From contig NC_090332.1 in assembly GCF_035084215.1 (NCBI RefSeq), positions 38,874,001-38,938,000 on the forward strand: a stretch of 64,000 nt of DNA, read 5' to 3'. This DNA comes from Heptranchias perlo. Its lineage: Eukaryota. Below the pieces are notes generated by a model. That model saw only the letters and a list, made by a program, of their open reading frames with translations. It did no database searches and was not told the origin of the DNA. The position numbers and the translations under genes are program-made. Below, in pieces: positions 12,985-24,589 of this stretch (position 1 is the stretch's first letter; every line of letters starts with the position of its first letter).

Positions 12985-13353
12985 GAGGGTGGGTGAACAG
13001 CCAGTAGTCGTGGTCCATATTGGTACCAACGACATAGGTAAAAAAAGGGATGAGGTCCTGCAAGGTGAATTTAAGGAGTTAGGAGATAAATTAAAAAGCA
13101 GGACTTCAAAGGTAGTGATCTCAGGATTACTACCAGTGCCACGTGCTAGTGAGTATAGAAACAGGAGAATAGACAGGATGAATGCGTGGCTGCAGAGGTG
13201 GTGTAGGAGGGAGGGATTTAGATTCCTGGGACATTGGGACCAGTTCTGGGGAAGGTGGGACCTGTACAAGCGGGACGGGTTACACCCGAGCACGAGTGGA
13301 ACCAATGTCCTCGCGGGGTGTTTGCTAGTGCTGTTGGGGAAGGTTTAAACTAG
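12985..13353 (+). pseudogene. CR1 ORF1 C-terminal SGNH/GDSL esterase domain (partial)
   Basis: VVVHIGTNDI (SGNH block III) and YKRDGLHP (DxxH block V). The frame ending ...AVGEGLN* requires one more G in the run at 13315-13318. Confidence 0.85.
13344..13350 (+). promoter_or_regulatory. Candidate -1 ribosomal frameshift slippery heptamer T_TTA_AAC at the CR1 ORF1/ORF2 junction
   Basis: GGT TTA AAC TAG. The -1 frame TTT AAA CTA GAG TGG is open for 85 codons into the ORF2 endonuclease with no ATG. Confidence 0.55.
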
Positions 13354-13598
13354 AGTGGCAGGGGGATGGGAATCTCAGCAGGGAGTCAGAAGGGAATAAA
13401 TTCGAGAGCAGCAAGAGAGGGGAAGACCCAGGGGAAATTTACAACACAAATAGTACAAACAGTTGTTCAAGAACAAGTGAAAGGGAAAAGCGTAGAGCAG
13501 CAGAAAGAAAGTGTACTTTAGGCACGACAGATAAAATAAAAACTAGAAGGCGTAAGGCGATTAACCCAGCATCAAAGCTGAAGGTCAGGCTCGGGTGT

Positions 13599-16473
13599 GT
13601 GGCCCAACTAAGAGTTCTATATACAAATGCACGGAGTATAAGGAATAAATTAAATGAATTACAGGTTCAAATTCAAATTGGAGGGTATGACATGATAGCT
13701 ATTACTGAGACTTGGCTGCAGGATGGTCAGGATTGGGAACTAATTATATTGGGTTATAAGGTCTACAGGAGAGATAGGGAAAATGGAAAAGGGGGAGGAG
13801 TAGCCTTAATGATTAGAGATGAAATCACTTCAATGATAAAGGGGGATATAACGAGAGGTAAGCAGCCAACAGAGACCTTATGGGTTGAATTGAGAAATAG
13901 GAAAGGATCCAAGACTATAGTGGGAGTTGTATATAGGAGCCCTGGCAGCAGCTCTGAAGTGCTAGATTGTATAAATGCAGAGATTAGACAAGCGTGTAAG
14001 AAAGACAAAGTGCTCTTAAAGGGGGACTTTAACCTTCACATAGATTGGGAAAAGCAGACTAGCAACTGTCAGAAAGGTAGTGAATTTCTTGAGTGTGTCC
14101 AGGATAGTTTTCTGCAGCAGTATGTCCTAGAGGCAACAAGGGGGCAAGCCATACTAGATTTAGTAATGAGTAATGAACCAGATTTAGTTAACGGCTTAAC
14201 TGTGCGTGAACATCTATCCAATAGTGATCATAACATGATCGAGTTCAATGTGGTGTTTGAAAGGGAAAAAATTGAATCAGCTGCTAAGATTCTAGACTTG
14301 GGCAAGGCCGACTTCAATGGGATGAGACAGAGACTGTCCACAGTAAACTGGGCAAATCAGTTAATGGGTAAAACGACTGATGATCAGTGGGAAATGTTTA
14401 AAGAAACATTTAACGTGATACAGAATCAGTTTATACCCCTGAGGGGCAAGAAGTCTACTTGCCAAAAAAAACAGCCATGGACAACTAAAGAGGTAAGGGA
14501 CAGTATAAGACGTAAGGAAAGGGCATACAAAAAGGCAAAAAATGGCACAGATCCTGGTGAATGGGAAAGATACAAGGATCAACAAAGGGTCACAAAACAG
14601 ATAGTAAGGGCGACAAAAAGAGAGTATGAAAAGAAACTTGCAAGGGATATCAAAACCAATACGAAGAACTTTTATAGTTATATTAGGAAAAAGAGGGTGG
14701 TCAGGAGCAGTGTTGGCCCCTTAAAAACTGAAAGTGGGGATATTGTCATTGACAATGGGGAAATGGCGGACATGTTGAACAATTACTTTGCGTCAGTATT
14801 TACAGTCGAAAAAGAGGATAGCATGCCAGAAATCCCAAGAAAACTTATATTGAATCAGGGACAGGGACTTGATAAAATTAACATAAGTAAAGCAACAGTA
14901 ATGAAGAAAATAATAGCACTAAAGAGTGACAAATCCCCAGGACCAGATGGTTTCCATCCCAGGGTTTTAAAGGAAGTAGGTGAGCACATTGCTGATGCCC
15001 TAACTATAATCTTTCAAAGTTCTCTAGATTCAGGAACTGTCCCTCTAGATTGGAAAATTGAACATGTCACTCCGCTTTCCAAGAAAGGAGCGAGAGGGAA
15101 ACCGAGGAATTATAGACCAGTTAGCCTAACATCTGTTGTGGGGAAAATGCTGGAGTCTATAATTAAGGATAGGGTGACTGAACACCTCGAGAATTTTCAG
15201 TTAATCAGAGAGAGCCAGCATGGATTTATGAAAGGTAGGTCGTGCCTGACAAACCTGATTGAATTTTTTGAAGAGGTGACTAAAGTAGTGGACAGGGGAA
15301 TGTCAATGGATGTTATTTATATGGACTTCCAGAAGGCATTTGATAAGGTCCCACATTAGAGACTGTTAGCTAAGATAGAAGCCCATGGAATCGAGGGAAA
15401 GGTACGGACTTGGTTAGGAAGTTGGCTGAGCGAAAGGCGACAGAGTAGGGATAATGGGTAGGTACTCACATTGGCAGGATGTGACTAGTGGAGTCCCGCA
15501 GGGATCTGTCTTGGGGCCTCAATTATTCACAATATTTATTAATAACTTAGATTAAGGCATAGAAAGTCTCATATCTAAGTTTGCCGATGACACAAAGATT
15601 GGTGGCATTGTAAGCAGTGTAGATGATAACATAAAATTACAAAGCGATATTGATAGATTAGGTGAATGGGCAAAACTGTGGCAAATGGAATTCAATGTAG
15701 ACAAATGTGAGGTCATCCACTTTGGATCAAAAATGGATAGAACAGGATACTTTCTAAATGGTAAAAAGTTAAAAACAGTGGATGTCCAAAGGGACTTAGG
15801 GGTTCAGGTACATAGATCATTGAAGTGTCATGAACAGGTGCAGAAAATAATCAAGAAGGCAAATGGAATGTTGGCCTTTATATCTAGAGGACGAGAGTAC
15901 AAGGGGGCAGAAGTTATGCTGCAGCTATACAAAACCCTGGTTAGATCGCACCTGGAGTACTGTGAGCAGTTCTGGGCACCGCACCTTCGGAAGGACATAT
16001 TGGCCTTGGAGGGAGTGCAGTGTAGGTTTACTAGAATGATACCCGGACTTCAAGGGTTAAGTTACGAGGAGAGATTACACAAATTGGGGTTGTATTCTCT
16101 AGAGTTTCGAAGGTTAAGGGGTGATCTGATCGAAGTTTATAAGATATTAAGGGGAACAGATAGGGTGGATAGAGAGAAACTATTTCCGCTGGTTAGGGAT
16201 TCTAGGAGTAGGGGGCACAGTCTAAAAATTAGAGCCAGACCTTTCAGCAGCGAGATTAGAAAACATTTCTACACACAAAGGGTGGTAGAAGTTTGGAACT
16301 CTCTTCCGCAAACGGCAATTGAAACTAGCTCAATTGCTAAATTTAAATCTGAGATAGATAGCTTTTTGGCAACCAAAGGTATTAAGGGATATGGGCCAAT
16401 AGGCAGGTATATGGAGTTAGATCACAGATCAGCCATGATCTTATCAAATGACAGAGCAGGCACGAGGGGCTGA
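13599..16473 (+). pseudogene. CR1 ORF2 (apurinic endonuclease + reverse transcriptase), disrupted
   Basis: YTNARS, IAITETW, GDFN and SDHN (APE); [35 protein letters not shown] and FADDTK (RT). Premature stop at 15357-15359 and a frameshift near 15445. Confidence 0.93.
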
Positions 16474-16604
16474 ATGGCCTATTCCTGTTCCTATGTTCCT
16501 ATATTGTCTCAACAGGAGGTATGTGTCTAGACTGAGAACATGTTACCCAGTCATATTTAGGAAATTCAACAATGTGCTGAAAGAAAAATAACTGCAAATG
16601 TGCA

Positions 16605-17122
16605 AAGGATATACTTGCCATAGAGGGAGTGCAGCGAAGTTTCATCAGGCTGATTCCAGGGATGGCAGGACTGTTGTATGAGGAGAGATTGGGTCGACTT
16701 GGCCTGTATTCACTAGAGTTTAGAAGAATCAGAGGGCATCTCATTGAAACATATAAAAGTCTGACAGGGCTAGACAGACTGGATGCAGGGAGGATGTTTC
16801 CCCTGGCTGGGGGGGTCCAGAACGAGAGGTCACAGTTTCAGGATACGGGGTAGGACATTTAGGACTGAAATGAGGAGAAATTTCTTCACTCAGAGGGTGG
16901 TGAACCTGTGGAATTCTCTATCACAGAAGGCTGTGGAGGCCAAGTCACTGAATATATTTAAGAAGGAGCTGGATAGATTTCTAGGCACAAAAGGCATCAA
17001 GGGGTATGGGGAGAGAGTGGGAATATGGTATTGAGATAGAGGATCAGCCATGATCATATTGAATGGTGGAGCAGGCTCGAAGGGCCGAATGGCCTACTCC
17101 TCTCCTAATTTCTATGTTTCTA
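16605..17122 (+). mobile_element. CR1 LINE 3' fragment
   Basis: GVQRSFIRLIPG...YEERL.RLGLYSLEFRR...FFTQRVVNLWNSL, followed by a CR1 3'UTR and TTCTATG tail. Confidence 0.9.
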
Positions 17123-17249
17123 AAATCTGAAATATAAGCAGAAGTGCTGAAAATGTACAATAGCTCCATTAACAGCTGAAAATAAAATAAAAGGAGATTC
17201 ACATTTCATATGGATAACCTTCTTAGTTCTGGAAAGCATAGGATGATCA

Positions 17250-17651
17250 CCTTCCTAGCGCCTCAATTTGGAGCACTAGTAGGACAGTAGAGGCTGGGAA
17301 ATCCGGCAGAAACCAGTTCTCTCAGATTCCCGCTGGTTTAAGGCCCCATTCTATTTTCCGGTAGGGCCTGGGGTAGGCATCTGAAGCTCCCGCATGAAGC
17401 AGGTTATTCAAAAGGGAATGAGTGAGGACGTCACACCATTATACAGCGCATGGCATACTGGACGCTGAGTCTCCAGCGTGCCCAGTGATGTTATCGCAAG
17501 TCCCACCAGAGTTTGCACTTGGAATTGTAAATTATTCAAATGAGGTTAAAACAGAAATTGGATGTGCTGTTAGCTCTTGGGATTCAGGCGGGTGTGAAGC
17601 AATGCAAACCAAATTAGAACTGATTTACACCTGGAGATAAAAATCTCCCCC
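17250..17651. mobile_element. Degenerate Harbinger-type MITE
   Basis: GC-richer island ending AAAATCTCCCCC, a TIR-like end comparable to AAAATCACCCCC at 34070-34081. Confidence 0.35.
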
Positions 17652-19984
17652 AGATTCTCTATCCAAAACACGTTTTCCTTTTTCAGATGCCAATAGACCT
17701 ATCGCATCCAATTTAAATGCATTTTTAACAGCATTTTGTGCTACTGCTATTCAGCTCTGCCGTCTGACATGCAGATATGCCGTATCATGGCAACATAAGT
17801 GATAGCCTTGGCATCAATATTAATACATGCTTTAGGATGGAGGTGTTTGTGGCAGGTGGAGCATTTTTCCATCAGGATAGCTTGGGGCTTTCTTCACTCT
17901 CAGTGCCACTTTCCCCATTTGTCTCAGCTTTGCTATTATCCCACATGGTAGTTCTATTATTTTCCAGGTAATGTTTCCCATTCCTTCTGTTGCTGTAATG
18001 TCAGCACTGAACAGTCATCAATAATACTTTTTGACACATAAAATTCAAGGCGTAGGAATTTAGGCTCAAACCCTTCAATTACTTCCTAAGCTTCTAATAA
18101 GCAAAAAAAAACCTTCAATGCAGCAATCAGTACATGATCAAACATTACACCTGTTTACTCCCAGAACCAGTTTTGGGATGTGAGCAAGAGTTAACGTGTG
18201 CTCCATTAACACTGTCGCACAAAATCATTGCCTTTAAAACACATTTATTTGCACAGAGCAAGTACGCTCTCGTAATGTCTGGAAAATATTATAATGGTGG
18301 CTGCAGATTTGATTTGGATAGAATGAACCAAATAGTTTACCTATAGCTAACAATATAGTTGAACAGTGAGTAGAACAGTGTTTAATTTGATTTATTAATA
18401 GAATTTTCATGAAAGACACAGGGCCTGAAATTCTGCAATTTTTTGGAGCAGAAATAGTTTCCTTCCAGTCCAAGGGGATGGAATTTGGAACCTAAGTCAG
18501 ATATACCAGAGTTACACCCATTCAAAAATACTCCAAAGTAGTGCATATATGCAAATTACAGGAATAGAGCTCCAAAACTCCTAGAGTGTGGAACGAAATA
18601 TTTTTTCTAGGGGGCAGAACCCAATTATGCCAGGATCCAGCCCCATTTACACTGGTCCTCAGGTTGATACCGGATCTTCTGCCTGCCCCCCTAGATCAAA
18701 GGGACATATCTGGGGAGGTCCCTGACTCTCCTGGAAAATTCTGTCCATTTTGCCATTATAAGACCTCAGGGGAACTCCTGCCAGCTAAGAGTTGGCATGA
18801 CTCCCACTGAGGGCCTTAAGAGGCCTCAGGTCTTTAATAGGGTAAGATAATCGATCATAGAGTGGATTTATTACCTTCCCAAAAGCCCCGCTTGCTCTTA
18901 GGGTTAGCCATCGCTGAAGTGCCCTTGCAGGTGTGATGCGTCCTCCCCATTAAGTGATTTGGGACAGAGTCTCTTTCATTATGCTAGGGCAGATGAGGGT
19001 TCACTCGGGCACAGTTGAGAGGGCCCACAGAAATTTTAGCGCCAATGAGGGCAAAACTTGCTGCTCCAGAAATTCATCCATTTCCACCAGAGTTGCACCT
19101 GACAACTTAAGCCTGTAGTAAAGATGGTTAAGTTATTTGCACGACTAGTCAAACCAGAAAATGGTTCAGTTCATAGACTGTCCACAATCTTTGTCAGCTT
19201 TAATTGGAGCGATTAGAAAAATCTGTTCCCCACTCTGCTGCTAAGAGAGGATTCTGCAAACTGCGGGGTCAATATTCTTATATGGCATACAGCGTGCGAG
19301 CGTGTAAATGGAGTTTCCACTGCACTTACGGCAAAGTAACAATGGTGCAGTGGCAGAAATTCTGAGGAGATTCAATACCATAGTGACCAGAGAAATTTTC
19401 ACTCTTTGGTTCTTTGACTAAAAACCATATATATCACTACTGTAAGTGTTTGCTTAATTAAATCCAGATTATTTTTGTCCAAACTGCACATTTAAAAATA
19501 ATACTTGTGTTATGAACTTACCAGTGCTATTGAGTGAAAGAAGAATAGGGTAAGCACTGCTTTGAATTTAATGATAGTTTTCAAGGGTTTTATAGAAAAT
19601 TGTAATTATAGTTTAAAGAGAGTGTTTCATTATCAATACATCTTTGTAAAAAGAAACACAATTCTTTCTGTTTTTTCTGTTAACATTATGAATATTTTTA
19701 TTTAAACAAAGACAACATTGGAGAATTGGCTTGGAGAATTTTCTGTACCTGACAATGTGAAGGAGCTAAATTAACATACACTGTTGAAATGACAAGTTAG
19801 TTGATGTACCCATTTAGTAACTGTATCTAATTATGCTAATTCAACTCTTTTGCACTGTTGGGTACAGTAAATCCTCCTCGTCAGTGCCTTAGATTATGTT
19901 ACAAGGGCACACTGATTAAACAGAAGCATTTAAAGAATCAACAGAAACGGGTCAAAGCACAAAAATGTTAAAGTTAACTGTAAT

Positions 19985-20629
19985 CCTTTTTAAGTATGCG
20001 GGTGGGAGGGGGAATTCAACACCCACCTGGAGCAGCCTAAAGCTGGCATCAAGGGGGAGGTTGGGGGGCCCAAAGGATTTTCAGGTTCTGACCTCATTTG
20101 AATGTTGCTGTTGAGCTGCTGGTGCCAAACAGGCCACCCCACTGCAGTTCGCCGGTTGTAGGAGGGTGAGAAATCGTCCGGCTCCCATACTGAGCGGGCC
20201 AGCAGGTCAGGCCTGAAGGGGAGGGACCCTATCCTGGAGGGGGTCCAGCCCAGGCCAGCAGAGGGCTGCGGTATTTTTGTGGGGCCAGGAGAAGCACTCT
20301 TGCTCCTCCTGGCCCCACAAAAATTCACCCCCTAAAAATTCTGGAGATTTACTCGAGGGCCCAGCTTTAAGGACCGCTGGAAAAGGCCGCTCACCAACTG
20401 GTACAAATGGGAGGACAAAATTGCATTGAAGTCCTACGACTGGCATAGATAGGACCCTGATTTGCATGTTGAAGAAGAGTTAAGCCTGAAACAGGCGGGA
20501 GTGCTAGTGGTCCAGTTACAGGTTCTGAAAATTGAATCAGGTGGGCCTGGCCCAGGTGTCCCACTCCCAATTGTCACTTACCCATTTTTCAGGCAAGAAG
20601 TGGGTGGCCGGCAGTTGAAAATTGACCCT
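19985..20629. mobile_element. Harbinger-type MITE
   Basis: Ends GAAAATTGACCC (TIR-like). Shares an internal hairpin (20273-20324) with the MITE at 52327-52988. Confidence 0.6.
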
Positions 20630-23600
20630 GTGGTCTTCATTTAACTTTGGACACTGATCAGTGTACATTACATTCTTTAGTCCCTTATTTTAATGGAGAC
20701 ATTTAAAATAAGCAAGTTAATGCCTCTTAAAGTAATGGATAAAGGAACTTAATATAAGCACCTACATTAAAGGCGCTATAGAAATGCAAATTGTTGTTGT
20801 AGCGAGTTAAGAGTCTCTGTGATAATCTTCGCTCAATGCAATTTGAAGGGAACATTTCCCTTTAAAATACTTACAATTTCAATTTGTTTGTAATTTGTCT
20901 TCTACGTGTATACAATAAGCCTTGCTGTTAAATATATTTCACCAAACTTTACCTTGCCAAAGTTCACATAGATTTACAAATTTGTGCTCTCATGGCAGAG
21001 TTTTGCTCATTGGGAACATCGATGTGAGTGGAGGATGGCAAACCTTGCAGTGCCCACCAACCTCCACACCTGAATTTCCAAAATGCCCTCCTGGTGGATG
21101 AAGCTCTGAGCCAGAAATGCAGCTACATAAAATTTACCCTATACTACTCAAGGAACTAGAGTTGTATTTCTACAAAGTAAGATCTCAAGTGGAAAGTTTT
21201 GCAATCAAGTACAGTTATTCTTAACTTTGTTTAGTATTGCTGTGATTCTGCGGAGTAAAAACTTTGATATCTTAACAGAGTAGGATGTTGAGTTTGTCAA
21301 CAGGAACTTTTGGGGTTACAGTATTGTTGAATTATAATTTTAGTAAGGAGCACTGTTCCAAATAAATCCTTGATTGACTCGCTTTTTCTTGATTTTAAGC
21401 TGTGATTAATTATGCTCAGAATATCCAGTGTGGCTTGATTTATTACCACTCACTATTTCTGGAGGCTGTTTCGGCACAAGGATAAAAGTAAGGTGAGCAG
21501 AAGATAGGTTAGCCCCTTAACAAATAATCCACATGTGCAGCTCCAGCAGAATCTGTTTCCACTATGCAATATTTGTACAGATATTTGTGTCCAATATATC
21601 CTCGCCGTGACCACCGAACCATCGCTGGAGTGTTTAAGTCTGGTGTTTAACTCCCTTCGAATTGGCCATTTTCTATTTTCATTGCAGTTTCATTATTCAC
21701 CTATCATACCACCTTCCTCCTCATTTTCAAATTCCTACCCAATCACAATTCACCAAAAATAGTCTACCCAATTGCATTCCAACATGCAAAGGCCACTGTG
21801 CAACCATTGCTCAGGACAACGGGGAATTTCCAGATCAACATTTAACTTCTTGAATGTGTCCATTATCTCCTGTTTATCATTAAACATAATTTTAAATGTA
21901 CATTTAATAAAATGTGATTGTGAATATATGTTGATATTTCATGTGACTACAATGTACACGCTGGGGCTGAAATATCACTGGGCTGCAATTCCAGCAGTTA
22001 TAGGCCCATTTTCTGCCTCCTTCGGTCCCCTGTTTAAGGGGGCTGACAGTCAAGCTCTCAAAAAGAAAATGCCATCAGCAGGAGTTCAGGCCGCTTGCCT
22101 TTTTCTGAGCCATTCTAGAGTTATGGTGGGTTTCCGGGAGAACAGTCTTCTTCTTCTACTTCTACTAGCAATAGCAGCTCCTGACTGCCCAGATTGCTCT
22201 CCGATCAGTTTACAGTTCACCACCACCAGGTACTGCTTACATATATGGAGGAAGGGGCGATTCAGGTGATGGGCATGTTATCTGATGAAGGGAATTATAC
22301 ATTCTTTGGTGGAAGCTCCTGTGGCTGCCGATGTAAGGTGGTGGTCAGTTTGGTGAACTCCTCCTAAGTGGTGGAGTTGCTAGAGAGAATTGTGTCTGCC
22401 TCCAGAACAAATGCCTATGTATAGTCCAACAGCACATCATGGGAGGCAAAGGGCTAATCCTGAGGAGCAGTAACAACTGTTTCAGTAGTTAGTGAATCAA
22501 GAGGGGTTGGTGGAAGTGAGCTTAACAGAAGCAGCTGAAATCTTTAAGAGACATCATCAACAGCAGCACAATTCAAGTGATAAAGTGCAGCAAGTCATTG
22601 CAAGTCAGGAGAGCTGAGCCACTTCCTTTGATATTTTTGGGAGTCAACAACATGTACCTCATAGTAAGAGGTGGAGACCCTTTTAAAAGAGGGTGAGACC
22701 TTTTTAAGTGGGCAAAAATGAGAGACACCCTTTGGAGTAGAGGAGAGGAAAGAGAGAGGGAGAGAAACCTTATCTGGGCCATATCAATGGCTCTGAAAAG
22801 GAGGAAGAATTGCTGTTGGCATATCCTGACTCATCATAAACAATGCCACAGGACATCCAGGAGTATTTTACAAAATTGTTACAATCAGTTAATATCTTTA
22901 TTGACGATATTCTGCTCCTAAGCTGCAGAGTTCAAAGATTATGCAGTATAGGAGTGATAAGTAAGCTGCAGAGGTTATAATGGTTTACCACCTTACATAA
23001 CATGCCCTGCCTCCCCTTGACAGGCACATCCCAAGGACATCCTTAATTGCAAGTTAATTAAAGTACCCCACTGTCTCCAAGATCAAGAAGGATTGGTATT
23101 CCTGGCCTATTTAATAGATAATAATATATTTAGATTTAAATACACTTTTTGATATTATCCACCAATGTATTTGACCTAAGGTGAACAAAAATCATTTAAA
23201 TCTCCCCTTACAGAGAGGATACTACTGCATAATATTTTATATAACTAATTTTTACAAATTAAGCGGCAAGCTGTTGATCTTCTATTCATGAATAAAGGTT
23301 GAAAGGATCTAATTAACACTGAATTGGTAAATGATTTTGTGATTCTATTTTTGTAGTACTTCTCTTGTAAATCTGCAATTTTAACTTGCATGTAAGTCAG
23401 CAGAATGGCGTTATTGACAGCTATACAAGAAAAAAAATATTAAAACTGTGAAGTCTTTTTAATAATTCCTTGCAACCAGTTGCATTATAAATCACAAGAG
23501 CTCTCAGCACATTAATAACATTGATCGTACAAAAAAATATTGTAGCAGCAAGACTGTTTTTTTCTACACATCTGGCTTGGAATGAATCATGACCAAGTAG

Positions 23601-24589
23601 CAGACAGTGAACAAATAACATCACACAGGTGCATTAACCCAGCTCTCCATTAATCCACAAATATTTAAGATTTGCATGTCCTATTTCCAACCAGCAATAT
23701 ATACATTTATTATGGTGAATATTTTTTCTCAGATGCTTAAAATATTTTAAAATTCACAAGACAAGTGCACGGTTCATTGCATTTTGCCACAAAATAGTGA
23801 GCTGCAGGTTGGTGGGCATGACTCCCTCATGGGGATTTTACCATCTCAGTTGTGGTATCGTGCAGAGGCACAGAGTGCAGGCTACGTGTTTCTCCACAGG
23901 AAAGAAGAGAAAATCCTGAGTATGGCTCATTCCTAATTCTGCTCTTATCACGACCTGGATAAGATTGGAGTTTAATGAAGTCATTGATTTGTGTTTGTTT
24001 GTGTTGGAGAAATTTACAAAACAAGTAGGTACACCCTCCAATGAGGATTTTAATTGATTGTGGTTGGTGAGATTTATTCTAGTGGAAAGTTTTATGTGGA
24101 AATGGAATTAAATGCAAACAGCAACAGAAGTGCAAACAGCGCAAGAAAAAAAAGCAAGAAAATTTCACCACCGACAAACTACCACAGGGAAGATCCCTGA
24201 TCTTCTCTATACACTGTGCACAATGGAGTTTAACTTCCAGAAAAATATGATTTCTGTTTCAGGATGTAAGTAAGAGACTATGGGGGTTAAATTGGATAAT
24301 CCCCGAAAATGGGCGCTGGGATCGCAGTGCGCAAATAACCCACGCCTGTTGGTTGAGATACAGGCAGCACATAACATTCGTGCTGCCTGATGATCAACAT
24401 GATTGCTGCGCGCAGCCAGCGCTACATGCACGGTTGAATGGCTCCACCCACCAGCAGGTGGCCCCGATATCGGGAGTGGCTAGCACTACTTAAAGGCAGC
24501 CTGCACCTCTTAAAGGGGAAATGCACTGTGGCTGCAGGGAGAGCTGGAATTCGTTTGTCAACTGACTCTGTGCTACAGCAAAGTGATGA

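Larger units (their letters stand above)
12985..16502 (+). mobile_element. CR1 LINE, 5'-truncated within ORF1 (young family 1, copy a)
   Basis: Esterase ORF1 3' half, APE-RT ORF2, CR1 3' stem-loop region (GATCAGCCATGATC...GAATGGCCT) and a TTCCTATG-type 8-bp tail. Confidence 0.95.

Noticed and set aside
13763-14585. Antisense ORFs repeated at 61839-62661 and in other CR1 copies
   Set aside because: Shadows of the CR1 ORF2 reading frame. They recur only because the elements are near-identical.
17125-17240. Additional hammerhead in an old palindromic PLE-derived repeat (other half at about 17655-17730)
   Set aside because: The CUGANGA/GAAA core is too decayed to call.
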